Source: Camelus ferus
Lineage: Eukaryota
NCBI RefSeq assembly: GCF_009834535.1
Contig: NC_045696.1
Location: 30,878,001 to 30,942,000 of the forward strand
Direction: 5' to 3'
DNA length: 64,000 nucleotides
Position 1 is the stretch's first letter, and every line of letters begins with the position of its first letter. The position numbers and the translations under genes were made by a program. Under the pieces are notes generated by a model. It was not told the DNA's origin. It searched no databases and saw only the letters and a program-made list of their open reading frames with translations. Shown here piece after piece: positions 35,879 through 50,100 of the stretch.

Positions 35879-36200
35879 GTGTTAGTCAACATGCTATAGC
35901 ATCAAATTGACTGTAAAATCTCAGTGGTTAAATATAACAGAAATGTTTTATATTCATGAAGGTCTTCTGAAGATTAGAAGGACCTTTAGAACTATGTTAC
36001 TTCAATTGCTCACAAATCTAGATTTCTCCCATTTTGCATCCTTGTAATATCAATGGTTGCTTTTAGATGGCCCAATAATTAATTATAATTAATATCATAT
36101 AATGAAAGAGCTGTCAGGTTGTGACTGTAGGTAATTTCATTCAGAAATGATACCTGGCCCTGCCAAACTTTAAAGAGGCTGAAGGAGTATGGGGAAACGT
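35879..36200 (-). mobile_element. Old MaLR LTR fragment (MLT1J/K/L-like), antisense
   Basis: tgtgttagtc...aaaatctcagtggttaaatataacagaaatgtttt is typical of an antisense MLT1 3' end. Confidence 0.4.
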
Positions 36201-39082
36201 GGGAGTTTGGGGGTACTAGATATATCTGCAATATCTAGTAAATGACAAGTACATCAGGCACTAAATAATTCTTTATTTAACAATAAGTTAGTGAAAAATT
36301 CTTCCTCTACAAAAATATGCTGATTTATTGATAATTTGGTGCATAGTCAGTGATAATATGTTTTTAAATATAATTATTTTATGGTAAGTTGCAAAGCAGG
36401 TTAATTTAGTATGCTAATTTCAAAAATATGATTTACAACATGGAGTTCTTTACATACTATATTTGGGAGCTATTTTATATTTAGTAGTTAAATATTTATA
36501 CTATGACCCTAAATAGTGTTTCAACTATGTAGAAAAATCCTTGGAGTGTTTCAGGCTATTTTCTTTGGGAAACTTAGTGCCAGGCACTCTATTCATACTA
36601 ATGAGAATAGGCATTCTAAATATCCAGCCTCTTTCCTGGTACACAGATAAAGTAGATCCTGATGTTTATAAACACTTTTGTTGTCAACCTGACCAGGAAA
36701 TATGATATAACTTGTAATTACATAGTATTCAATGGAATGGTTGAAAATAAAGACCAAAATTAAATTCCAGCTCTTTTATTTCTTGATTGTGAGATATTAG
36801 TCAACTTATCTATAGGAATATTGAGACAGGTTGAGGTAATTTACTGAAATATTTTTAACAGTGATTGGCACAAATTAAGGATTTTTAAAAGTTAATTATT
36901 AGTGAATAAAAACAAAAAAAAAGCCGAGCTTTATAACTAAAATGTTTGGAATTGAATTCTTTGTCTTGGATAATTTTAATCAGATATGATTAGACTGCTT
37001 AATTTTTAAAAATAATGACTATAAACTGGCTAATTAATATTATATCAATTTATTTGCTATTCCTAGGACTGGTTCCACTGTACAGTCATTTAACTTATAA
37101 AGCCATCATTCTATTAAAATGAGGCTATATTATCAAATTAATCTTCCTCTCTGTATTAAAGAGGTGAATCTCATGTTTCTTCCAGTAGTACCAAAATGAT
37201 GTGTACAGAAATGTGTGAGTGAGTGGAAAATTTATTAACAATATATGAATACTCTTTCCCAGCTCTATTTTATATAGGCTAAAGCTTGGAAATTACTTTT
37301 ATCATGTTTTAATTATTTTGTCCATGAAATTGCTGAAGAGTTAGTGTACTATAATTTGATAATTGTGTCCATAAACTAAGTTTTCACTAGTTTACTTATC
37401 TCTCAGACTCATTCAAGAGAAAATACATTTCACAGAAAGATTAGTAGTCAAATGTAACTATCTGTATGTCAAGCTTTTAATGTTTCTGTAACCAATTTGT
37501 TTTCTTTTAACAAACTGTTTTGCCAAACATTCTACACATTTACCAATACTGGCCTTGAATTTCTTACAATGTCTATTTTGTATTATTGTACCAGTTTGTA
37601 TTATTTCACTCTTGTTTTTACTCTAATCCATAATATACAAATTCTGAGCTTCTGAGTTTTGCTACTAACTGTACATAATTACTTTCTATCTTTTAAAATA
37701 ATGACTGATTCATATTGACTATTTATCTTGCTTATAAATTATAGTATGTTTGACCATAAATGAAAAATGTGTGAATACAGCATATATCATACAGGGAAGG
37801 ATTACATAAAGCTAGATTAGTTTTTTTCTGCTGTAAATGACTAATTAATTTTGTTATAAAATTATTTAATGGAATCTGACCAATATTTTCTTCATGATGT
37901 AACATATGGTATTTTAATATGTTTAAAATTTGGTTTAACCTTTAAGTTTGAGTCATTCATATTTGAAGGCAAGAAGCAACTGCCAGCTAAATCAAATATG
38001 TACTTCAAATAAGGATATTTCACATTGCAGTCAGGGAAACATCACTTTTATGATAATGCTTCAATTTTTATCAAAATTGATCCCCTTTCTAAAATGATTC
38101 CACTCAACTCACCCTACTCATTAACATGAAATATATGAAGGACATGTGTCTCTTAGGAAACCAATAATACCTCTGTCCCTAGAGAAAATTCCATCTGAAT
38201 ACCAAAATTTGATGGGCTGCATCAATCGAAAAGAATGGGGTGCAGGCAGGAAGTCCTCATTTTAATTATTCAAAAATAACACCATCTAAAAGTTTGAAGT
38301 GGAATTTTTACAACTTATTAAGGTCACCTTCATCTCTTACATATTAATTGAAATGATTTTTTTCATACTTGTCTTTAAGAATATAGAAGAACATTTGAAG
38401 GATCTTGTTAAGCACACTCCAGTACTTAACTATAATATAATTTCACAGAATATGCTAGTGAATAAAAATGTTACATCATAGAAGTTATAAAGATTTAAAT
38501 CAAACAAAAATCATCATATTCCACTCAATGCTTCCTTAATGGGAGTAGATAATTGAGATCTGCTCATTCTAAAGTTAAAAATAGTAGTCTGGAATGGGAT
38601 CAGAGAAGATTAGATAAGCAACACACTCTCTACTTCATTTCCATAAATCAGTGAGGCCATTAAAAATCAAGGGCATTAAAACATGCTGTCAAATTTGGGC
38701 TATCAAATAATGATTATCAGTGTTGCCATTGACAAAGTTCCAATTTGTTACAAATACAAAGATACTCACTTCTCTATATTAACCTCTTTACTGCCCTTTA
38801 TCAACTATCAGAAGATTTCACAAGCAAGCAAAAATATCCATCCCCCTGCCAACATACACTGAATAACAAACCAAAAAAATCATCCTAACTGGGGTAACAA
38901 GATATTCCCAAATATTGTGTTTTGCCAGTATACAAAAGTAATTTGCATTCAAAATACTACAATAAAAATATTATCTACTCTGACATATGAAAACCTGCTT
39001 TTTATGTAAGGTATGTTTTGATGTTCTAGGTCATCCAAAGCCCAAAGGTTCACAGATTGGCTCCATAAGAGGCAAGCTGTCC

Positions 39083-39260
39083 AGGGGGGAGGGTATAGCT
39101 CGGTGGCAGCGTGCGTGCCTAGCATGCATGAGATCCTGGGTTCAATTCCCAGTAAGTAACTCCATTAAATAAATAAATAAATAAACAAACCTAATTACCT
39201 CCCCTCATAAATTAAAAAAAAAAATGTAAGATAAAATAAAAATATTAAAAAAAAAAAAAA
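39083..39260 (+). mobile_element. tRNA-Ala(AGC)-derived SINE, camelid Vic-1-like
   Basis: GGGGGGAGGGTATAGCTCGGTGG (A box), TAGCATGCATGAG, GGGTTCAATTCCC (B box), TAAA repeats, aacctaattacctcccc and poly(A); exact TSD AGGCAAGCTGTCC at 39070-39082 and 39260-39272. Confidence 0.93.
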
Positions 39261-40394
39261 GGCAAGCTGTCCGGCAGCAAGTTTACAGTATCATAAAAAT
39301 GAATGCCATATTGAAAACATTTGTTGGGGGAATACTATAAAATCAACTTTAAAGTTCAATGTTAATATAAATTAGAATATTTTCTTCTATAGTTTACAAT
39401 TATTGAATTTGTTTAAATAATGTTTACAGCTAATTAAATTAAGTCATTTTTCCATGTAACCACTTCTTGATAATGACATATAAAAATAAAACTAATGAAA
39501 ACACATTATTTAGGAAACAGATGCTTTGTTTTTGATCTGTCACCCTTAATTAACTATAATTAACTAAAAGTGTTTAATTTTAATGCTGTAATACAGGAGT
39601 TGAGAAATGATTTAAACTTCAAGATAATTTTAAATTTTATAATGAAATATATTCAGAATATTTTGAGAAGCATTATAGATATAGATATGAGGAAATTATA
39701 TATATACACAATTACATATACGATTAATATAATTGTGAAAAAAATGTATTATTTCTGTTTATAACCTATTGCCTTTAAGAACAGATCTTTCAAATTTAGG
39801 CATCCAAAATAGCCATTTCTTTTTGACTTGACCTTAAAAACCTATTTGATGTATTAATCATCATTAAAATATGGAAGAAACTTAGAAAAACATTCATTAC
39901 CTATGTCACAATGGTTATTAATATGATAAAACCTACACCAACACCAATCTCTAATTTTCAGCATTATTATAAATGCAGATAATTTACACTGATAAAACTC
40001 ACTTTATTATTTTTATTAATTTGCTCACTCTGAATGAGTCTTGTGAATAGTCAAAATTTAGAATTAAAATATATCCCAGTAATTTAGCAATGACATAGTA
40101 GAGAGCTCAGAAGTTTTTTTGTTCTTCTTTAAGCTATTTTGGGCTTCAAAGATAGTTCATGAAGGGAGCACAAAGCCTCTATAAAATTACATTACATTAC
40201 AGTAACCTCTGTAAACAATGATTAAGGTAAATTGCTAAATTTTCACCATTTAATCACTGGAGATAGAAGAGTATAGGCATCTTTTATGTCTTGAAAACTT
40301 ATGACTGTGTAACCATTTCGAGCACCAGCACGTCACAGATCAGGAAATAACTTCACACTTGTGATCCACGTTTTGACCACAAGGAGGGGACAGG

Positions 40395-40590
40395 AAAAAC
40401 AGCTTTTGTTGTGGGATCAGAAATAACTAAATTCTATTTCTGGGTCAACCATTTATCAAAATGTGATCCTGTGCAATTTGCATAGCATCCTGGAATATCA
40501 CTTTATGCAATTTAAAATGTAAGAATAATTCCTAGTTTTCAGGTTTATTGTGACTAAACACAATATATTACACAGATAAAAGTACTTCAC
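40395..40590 (+). mobile_element. MIR
   Basis: ccatttatcaaaatgtgatcctgtgcaatttgcatagc...tttaaaatgtaagaataat...aaagtactt. Confidence 0.6.
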
Positions 40591-40639
40591 ATGTTATTCT
40601 GCCATTCTAATTTTGCAAGAATGAGCAATTCAGTGTAAT

Positions 40640-40810
40640 ATTGGATGTAACAACTTTGGTGATTTAAACAGTTCAAATATTCTGAATTGAGCTCTCTGAC
40701 CTTGCAAAAGTTACTAAGACTCTCTTAGAATCTTTATCATGAATATGACTATAAAACATTATGCTCTAAGATTTAAATGAGGCACCATTTGCAAGTTACC
40801 TAATGCAAGA
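40640..40810 (+). mobile_element. Degenerate MIR
   Basis: gttcaaatattctg...gctctctgaccttgcaaaagttactaagactctct. Confidence 0.45.
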
Positions 40811-43110
40811 TAGTTACAAATATTATAATTATTTTACAAGTAACCTGATTAAAAAATGACCATTATCTTATTAGAACTGAAAATCAGAAGACTTCCAACC
40901 ATTGAAACACCACTTGAAGAATTCAATTTCTGATTTTTCAAGAATAGTTAATAATATGGTAAGAGATAGCACACCAAAAATGGACATACCCTAAAGACTC
41001 ACTCAGACACTACTCTCCTTATCAATACCTATTGAACTATCATTATATCTGATGGTATATCTTAATGTGCTTTTATTTTCCATAATATAATAGGGAAGTA
41101 AAAGCATACTGAGATTGCATGAGAGATGCTAGGCTAAAATTATATTCCATGTAAGAATTTTTTATTTTTTCTTGAGACAAAAGAACATATTATATTTGAG
41201 TGAAGTGTGTTCAAACTACCAATACCAATACCACAAATTGTATTTCATAGGAACAAAGTGTCATTTGGTGATATTCCAAACAATAACCAAAAGGGGAAAT
41301 AAATAGAACTATATCTATTATGCATTCATTTATTTATAAGATTTAAAATTTTTCAAGTGGTTTCTAAAAATATTTGGGGAAATGACACAACAGTTGGTCG
41401 ATCAGCACAGAAACAAGTATCCCATTGTTTTTTCCTTAAAGTTTATTTTGTGAGTGATGTTTCAGCTTTCCAGGTAAAAGATGAAAAACAATTAAACAGG
41501 ACAACAAACGTGATGATTACTGAAAAAGTCATCAAGACACTTATGCAAATATGATGTGCATATGTAATTACTGAGAAGTAAGAAATACTATTCAACATAA
41601 CAGGTGCCATATCCTGGGGTGCTTTTTTCTACACTGAGCAGCAAATAGATGCTGTGAGTCTATCACTAATGATGGATAAGAAAAGCATTTTAGTAAGTCA
41701 TATAATGGCACTCAACCCAAGAATCCAAATACAATTAAATCAAGTAACTTATAAGAGATTTTATATTTTGCTACAATGAAATTGTTAAATCTTTTACAAG
41801 TCACTATAAAAGACTATCTGTGGGCTTGCTTACTAATGTCTCTAATGTTGACAGTAAATTTTAAAATTCTTAAATTACATTGCTAGGCTTTCTGTAATAT
41901 TTTATATGGGGTTAGCAACATGGCACTAGCCTATGCTGGAAAACAGTTCAGCTGATACATTATTACTATTCCAGAAATGGAAAGCTACTTAAAAGATAGG
42001 ACCTAAAAAACACTAGAAATTATTTTGCCTACTGTTTATAAGTTGGTTTTGGTTTTGGTAAATATGGTAATTTAGATCTAAAAGGTAACATGTAGAAATT
42101 TTTATGAGGTAAACACATTTGATTGGCAAATAAAGCAGAAAATATAGATCCCAGTGCTTTATAAATATATTTTAAGAAAAAGATAAAAATACAATAGTAT
42201 TTTCTATATTTTAAATAGTTTATTATTAAGTGAAGTATTCAAGATCTTCAGATTATGTTCAAGTACTATATACCTTGGGTATGGAAGCATTTATATTTTC
42301 ACTGGCTTTTTTAATTTGATAATTTATATTCTCAACTATCTTCTGGTTTCCATTTTTTATTGAGACCATTATTTTATAACTAACAACCCAAGTACATTAA
42401 GGGTTAGATCAGTAAAAATGAGAAGTAACTTATCAGTAGGATACATACTTTTAGCAACAATTGTGAGTAACATTTTGGCTTATACACCTTGAGGGAGTGG
42501 TTTCTGGCAGTAAAGACTTGCAATAAAAGTTAAAAGATGTCTAAATAAAATTGTTTAGCCACATATGCCATCATCCATAAAAAAGTTTGACCAAATGAAT
42601 ATTAATATAGAAGCACAATGACTTATAATTTTCTTTGGTAGTAAGACAATATAATTTCAAATGTATTTTTTTAAACTTGAAACATTAAATGATTGTACAC
42701 TTATACATTCATGTATTTCTTAACTAATGACTCAATTTTATTATTTTATAATTATTTTCTGAGTCATCTTTTTTATACATTTGAAAATTTATTTCCCATT
42801 AGACATAGAAGGAAAATATGATGATGTCTCACACAGTAAAAGGTTTTCTCAAACTTCTTTAGCTTCTGTTGGAATTGTTTACAGTTTGGGCTGGTCATTG
42901 ATCTGTTGCAAACAAGACAATTCAGATAACAGAGAAAAGGTCTGTAAAATAAAATGGAAATCATTTCTCTTTCAGTCATCCACACATTCAAAAATATTTA
43001 TTAGGTGCTTTCTTTGTGCCATTAAAACCTCTATACACTTTGAGCACTATACTGAGCAAATAAGCAAAAAGCTATCCTACTTAGCTGCAATTCTCATAAA
43101 GAAAGATCAT

Positions 43111-43503
43111 TGTTAAAGACAAGAAGACAGACCCAAAATGGAGTTGCTTATGCTAACCCCCTGGTCACCAATACAAAACTTAACTTATTTAAAGTTTTTG
43201 GCTCTCTTAGAAATGGAATCTTAACCAGACAACCAGGAATCATCTGATTAGCACTAGTTAGGTTATCTGTCTAGTAACCAACCCCCTTGCCATCAGCAAT
43301 CAAGAAATTTTGCAATAACCAATCCGCTTTTGCCTAGTACAACTTCCTGTTCCTGCTCCCTTCTGCCTACAAGATTTCTTGTCTTGTAAAGCTCTTTGGA
43401 GCGCCTTTCTACCTGCTAGATTGGATGCTGCCTGATGCATGAATTACTGAGCACAGCCAGTAAGATCTTTAACATTTACTCAGTAGAATTTTGTTCTTTG
43501 ACA
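43111..43503 (+). mobile_element. ERV1-class solo LTR (393 bp) nested in L2
   Basis: TGTTAAAGA...TCTTTGACA inverted termini; cccaaaatggagttgcttatgctaa; aaccaatc (CCAAT); degenerate TATA and polyA positions. Confidence 0.85.
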
Positions 43504-44764
43504 ATTTTAAAAATTACCACTTTAGATGATGATATATATTTGGAGAATATTAAACAGAATAAAGAAAAGTGCTAGGATAAAGTGATTCTATTTAAAGAGG
43601 ATAATCAGGAAAAAGCCTCAAACATAAGCTAACATTTGATGAAATGCCCAAAAAAAAATGAGAATTTGAACTATGTGGATATCAGGGGGAAGATTATTCC
43701 AAGCTTAGATACACCAAGTACAAAGGACTGAAGCTGTGGTATATTTGTCACGTTAGGGGAATAGAGAGGACACTCATGTATCTGGATGGAGTGAGCAAAG
43801 AGAGAAGTAATAGGAAATGAAGCCAGAGACTTGACAGGGAGGCCAGAATACTTGAAAACCTTATGTGAAAAATGTAATGTCAATTTGAAGAAATAGGAAG
43901 CCATCTGGAAAATATGATTAGAGAATGCTGAGAAGCATCTCCTTAGCTGCCATGTTTGGAATGGATTGGGTAGGAAAATCAAAGGCAGAAGAATGGACAG
44001 CAATTTCAGGCTATAGAAAAATTGGGGTAAGAGTTAGTGGTAGCCTGGACCAGCTTATTAAGACAGATGTGTTGAGGAGTACTGGATTCTGGTATGTTTT
44101 GAAGATAAAGTAAACAGGATTTGTTGATGAATTTACTATGAGGTATGATAAGAAAAAAATTCAAGAATGACTTCAAGGTTGTTGGTCTGAGCAACTAGAA
44201 GAGTGGAGTTGCTATCTATTAGGAAGAGAAGAAAGCAAAATTGCCAGTTTTAGAGGGAAGATTATGAGATTAAATTCAGTTTCTTAAGTTTGACATACCT
44301 ATTAGAAATCAAAGAAAATTCAGTTAAATATATTAATCCAGGCACTAAAAGATTGATCTTCCATAGATCTATAAATTAGGAAAATACAGTTTGATGGCAT
44401 TTACATGATATAAATAGCCATGTATCCAGACAAGAAAATGAATAGAACTGGTCCAGATAGAACAGAAAACTCCCAAGGCCTGAGCACTGAAACAAATCAA
44501 ACTTTAAACTTGAAGGGATAAGAAGGAAAAACTAAAGGGAATTAAAAAGCAGCAGCTTGTAGGGATGGAATAACATCTGAATTGTGTGATATTGCTGAAG
44601 CCAAAGGAGGAAGGGGTGCCTCAAGGATTCAAGTCTACAAATAGGTCAAGTAAAAGGTTGGAGTACTGACCATTAGAATTAGGACAATGGGGTTCATGAT
44701 CTATCTTGGTGAGCAGTTTGAGTGCAGTGGTATGGGGGAAAGATAATAGTTAAATAATGGATGA

Positions 44765-45000
44765 GATCCCAAGTTTGGGTACAAAGCAAGAATGTCCTCT
44801 CTCACCATTTCTATGCAACAGTGAGCTAAAGATCCTAGCCAGTACAGTAAATTAACCAGAAGGTGTAATACAGAAATAAGTAAAAATAAATATGCCTTCA
44901 TTTAGAGATGGAAAGACTGTCTGCATAAGAAATCCAAAAGACTCAATGTCTTTAAACTTTTTTTAAAAAATAGTAGAATATGTAAGTTTATCAAGGTCTT
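44765..45000 (+). mobile_element. Old L1 ORF2 (RT region) fragment nested in L2
   Basis: caaagcaagaatgtcctctctcaccatttctatgcaaca...cctagccag...gaaatccaaaagactc. Confidence 0.7.
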
Positions 45001-46314
45001 TAAAAAATATATAGTAGGATTACCAGGTAGCAATAAGGACCAGCAGTTACTGGTAGTAATGGATTTACAGATGAGTTAATGTAGTGCTGGCTTCTTCTCT
45101 GGCTATATTTAGTGCCACAATTTCAGCCATTGAAGAGGTAGAAAAAATGAATTTAAGAAGGGTGATTTTTTTTTAACATGTATTTCAGAAGGAGAGAGAA
45201 GGAGAATTGAGCTTGTCAATCAGGTAAACAATGCAAATTTGGTTAGGATCAATAGGTTTTCATATCTTGTAAGTTCTAAAAAATTAGCAATTAGAGTGTT
45301 TGTGGGAGAGAAATGGAAAAGTAGTTACTTGGGAAGTGGGATGCTTGAAACTGATGCTATTCTACAGGTAACAAATCTTGGTAATGACAAAAATTACTGG
45401 TGAGGCACTACAGAGGAAAAGCTCCCTGAACAATTCCCAAGAAGCTTTGAGATAGAGGTACGTCAACATAAATATTGAAATTATCAAATATTGTGACAGG
45501 AATATTTTAATTAAAAGGTTGAGTAACTCTGATATCTGCAGTTGATTATAACAAGTAGGAGAAATGAGATATAATTTATTTGCAAAAGACTAATAGTTAG
45601 GTGTTTATAGGAAAAAATAAGAAACAGAACCAGAGAGAACATGCTGATATTTGTAGTGGAAAGTAGAGTGGAAATTCCAAGTAGAGTTATGAGTAACTTA
45701 GCTGCACACCATTACAAAGCACTGTTACTCTGCTCAACCTGATCTCCTTTGGGTCCTCGAGAGAATGGTCGGATTCATGCAAACCTCGAGACAGTTGTAT
45801 AAAAGAAGTCATCAATTAATTGGTTTGCACTGAGAAATATTTAAGTGTCCCAGACATTTGAAACTGGGATAATGCATTTTCTTAATATATTGTATTTGTA
45901 TTCTACATTCTTGAAAGACGAGAGTATTGTCAAGCAAAATTATTTATTTGTATGAGGACATAGTGAACTATGGATGTTGTCTGTTGAGACCTCAGAGTAT
46001 GAAACATTTTAGTCTTACTCTTGTTTTGTTCCTTGGTTTGCTTTAGCTGTATCTGATTATCTGAATAAATATGTTTCATATTCCTGAAGATACATGTAGT
46101 CATAGGTGCATGGAAACTAAATTTCTCCAAAGAATAAAATGGTATTCTGTTATTTTAAATATTTTCATTTCTTAAAATGAAATCAAATAGTAACATATTT
46201 ATATGATTCACTCTTTTGTGTAAGTATGGTGCATCTAATATAAAACCATCTGGACACATTGATACATATACACAATCATTTCAGTTGGATCAGTTGACCT
46301 GAGAATACCATTGA

Positions 46315-46575
46315 TAATTAAGAATAGCTATCACTTATTGAGTCAGGCAGGCACTATGAAAAGGTGTTTTTCATACATAAATTCTATAAAGGTATTTAGT
46401 ACTCAAACAAACCAACAAACCTATGAGAGAAATTCCATTTTAATCCGCACTTTACAAATAAGAGAACTGAGGCATAGAAAATGTAAACCACATGCCCAAT
46501 GTCAAGGATTACATAAAGAAGCTGAGATTCAAACCTGAGGAATTCGGTTCCAGGTGCCACGTTGCTGGCCACTAC
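46315..46575 (-). mobile_element. MIR, near full length
   Basis: tagctatcacttattgag; tttacaaataagagaactgaggcatagaaa; gagattcaaacctgag. Confidence 0.8.
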
Positions 46576-46934
46576 CTTAATTTGTATTACAGGTCACCTA
46601 ATACCCAAATGGCATTTTTTAAAGTGATTACAAGAAATGGATTCTTCATCTGCCATCAAAAGTCTTGTTTTAATTTAATGTTAATAATTTTATGATTAGT
46701 TACATTAGTGAAATATCTTATTTTCCATTGCATAGATTATTGGGGGGGAAACAAAACAGAATACAACTTACAAATCTTATATTACCGCTACAGCATTGCT
46801 GGCAGTGTTGTTTCAGACAATATACACACATGGAGATGACTGCAGGCATATATGTTTGAGCATAAGCAACAAAGTTTGAAAGTAAAAACAGCAATAAAAT
46901 AATTGGAAAATATATTTTTTCCCTTGTTGGGTAA

Positions 46935-47185
46935 CACAGAAAGAGTTCAGAACTTAGTGTCCTAAACGTCAGGATTTAAGTTCTAGTTCTTCCTCTAACT
47001 GTGTAACACTGCTTTTAGGTAAATGAGTTAAACTTGCTGGGCTTGGGCTTCTATTTCTTCATCTGCACAATGACAGTAATAATACTCCCTTTGCAGTATT
47101 ATTAAGGATTGAATGAAATTAGAATTCGGGATACCTAAACAGAGACTGGCCCATTGTGAGCATTCGATAAATGTCAGTGACATTA
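46935..47185 (+). mobile_element. MIR, near full length
   Basis: tttcttcatctgcacaatgacagtaataatac; taaggattgaatgaaatt; gagcattcgataaatgtcag. Confidence 0.8.
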
Positions 47186-50100
47186 TACTCCAAACTGATC
47201 TTTAAACAAAAAGCTTTCCTGGGGTGGGGTGAAGCTTTGAATTTATTATTTGCTCTAAGAGGTCAGAAAAATTGCTTATCTTAAGAATTACATGCAATGC
47301 TTAACACAACTACCTTGCTATAATATCGTTTGATCTATAGTTTCAAAATACAGTATCAATCTAAGCAATACATTCAGTAAAGTAAACATGGTACAGAAAG
47401 AAACCTGAAAAAAATATTTCTAATCTCAGTTGTTAGTCTTGTAATTTTTCCTTTGGGTCTTAAATTATATATAGAAAACCCCCTTATCAAAACTAAAATT
47501 CTAAGAATATCTACTGCATTTTAATATTCATTAAATACAACTGAAGTGAAGGATGCCATTAATTTTTTTTAAAACTAAAAGAAATTACACAGCAAGAAGT
47601 AAAGTGGTTTAAAAATTCCCTCCCATTGAAAAATGAAATAAAAGGGGCTTAAGGGGTTTTGATTTATTCAATATAGGTTTTTTTGAGGTATATTTTGTGA
47701 CATTAGGTACACAATTATATTTTCATTATCCATATCCACACAAAAGGCAGGAAATTATTATTAGTTCTTAAGGAAACTGATAAAAGGACAAAAATATTAG
47801 AAAGAAAACACATTTAATTATTGCTTTTACGAATCTTTTATAATCTAAAATCAGTATGTTCTGCTTAGTATTAAGTTTTAGGGTGAATAAGAAATAATTG
47901 AAGCATATCCTTTAACTGTTCAATAACTTGAAATGCTGCCATCCTATGCTAGACTTTTGGAAATCGATACTAGAAATGAATCAGGCTGCAAGAGATTCAT
48001 CTACTATAAGCTTCCTTCTGAATCCAGACAAAATAAGAAGAGTTATGTTATATATCACTGGGAAAATGTCATGTAACATTGATTTACTATGTTAGTGACA
48101 GCACTGAAGAAACAAATCAACTACCCAAGAAGTAGCAAAAAGTGCACTCTACAAATGTCCTTTGAATAACATTATTAGTCTGGGTAAAACCATGAGGCAC
48201 AAAGTATATTGAAAGTACCTATGAACCTCACTCAATTCATTCGACCTCTTCTAAAAAATTTCATTTAGTGTATTTATCATATATATGTTACTATGAAATG
48301 TAATTCTATTTTACTTGCTAAAAACAAGGCTGAATCAATAATATGACACAAACTAGTAGAAAAATTCCTGTTCTTAAGCAACCCAGCTTATGTAATTTGA
48401 GCATCCAATTCTTAACCAATGCTTTGAGAAGTCAAAGGTGAATTCTCTTTTTCTTCTAAGTAATAGGTAAGATATTAAATACACATGGTATTCTCTAGTT
48501 AGTTAGTATAGAATAATGATTTTTATCATAGCACAGGTTTTTCAATAAATCCAATCTAGAGACATCTCATTATTCATTTTCTCCTTCAGCTTTGTGTCAA
48601 TTTTTTATTAATATTCCATTGTGATATAGTGACATTCCTCTCCAAATAGCCAGTGATTTTAATTTTATTCTATGGTTTTATGTCTCATATAATAGAGGTT
48701 CTCTGGTTATCCATAAATTCGAGACACATGTTACAATTAAAATTTAATTGGACAGTAGCCTAAGGTAAGTAAAAGGATTAGGACATATAATTCAAGTAAC
48801 ATACTTGCCCCCCGCAAATGAGGTAAATTCATGGCATAAATGAAAATCAAATGGGATTTAATTACATTGCTTCAGATTCAAAAGATATTTTCTATACTTG
48901 TCATTTAAGAACTGATACATGTCTAAGAAATTAACATTCACCTAAAATATTTTTAATAATTAAAAATCAGAAAATTATATCTCCCCCATTCCATAGTTAT
49001 ATTTATCATCATCTCTATGTATGAAATATTTATGACCACGTGAGTCTCACAAGAAGATGAACAGATGCAACCCCAAATTCAGAACTGTAGTCATTTTTGA
49101 GAGAAGAGTCACAACTCCCTAGGAATCACTGCTTGGATTAAGAACAGTTTGTTTCATAGAACATTGATTCCTAAGCCTTTAAAAGAGCAATTTCACAATC
49201 CTGCATGAGAAGGCATGACTATTGGCCCCCTTACAGAGCCTAAGACCATGTGAGCAGGTATGGTGCCCAGTGGAATCTGTGATTTATCATGTTACTGTCA
49301 ATAAACTACAGAAGAGTATGGGCCAAACAAATAGGAAGCCATGGTGGAGGGCCACGGTACAAGGAAGCCAAGTTATGGAGAAGCCAAAACTTGTGCTGGG
49401 CTAATTTAATTTTTTAAAGCTGTAACTCAGCCCATGCCTTAGGGACACAATTTCTTTCTGGCAACATTTTCTGTGAAGCTAGAACAGCTGCTTCACCTAA
49501 CTCAAATCAGATACTGTGCTATTTCAAGCAAATGTTTACCAAAAATAACAATTGTCAGGGATGCTTTTCCAGAAAACTTAGATTGAACAAAACAGATTAT
49601 CATGCATTCAAAGTAAGGGTGGATATAAATTATATTTGCTAATTAATTTTAATTCAGATATTTCTAGGAATATAAATTAAACAAATTTCTCAAGCTGTAA
49701 AATAATATATATATATAAATTTATATATATATACACACACAGACACATATACCCAATCCAATTTGGCAAAAATTTTAATCTTTTATAATTAAAAAGTGTT
49801 TAAAACAGTGATTTATTCTTGAAAATTAAACTACCATTGTGTTTTGCTGGATTTTCATTCGTATAATAAAAAGATAATTTCACCATAATATTGAGTCTGA
49901 CATCTTAAACACTGTGTGTATTTTCTACTTTCCTTTGGGTTTTTCAGCACATTGATTGAAGTCTAAACAAGAAACTGGTAAAGGACTAGCATACATTTGA
50001 GAAGAAGCTTTCCCCATGTGACAATGAAAATACACGTATTTATCCATTCACTTTAGGGCACAAAATTCAGTGAAATTCAGTGTGGTAGCTGAAATAGGAC

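Larger units (their letters stand above)
42965..45650 (-). mobile_element. Long L2 (antisense) interrupted by an ERV LTR and an L1 fragment
   Basis: Starts with the antisense L2 tail (cattcaaaaatatttattaggtgc); continues with gattctggtatgttttgaagataaagtaaacaggatttgttgatgaatt and caagaatgacttcaaggttgttggtctgagcaactagaag. Confidence 0.8.

Noticed and set aside
39084..39165. Functional tRNA-Ala gene
   Set aside because: SINE body, poly(A) tail and TSD; the acceptor stem is disrupted by an insertion.
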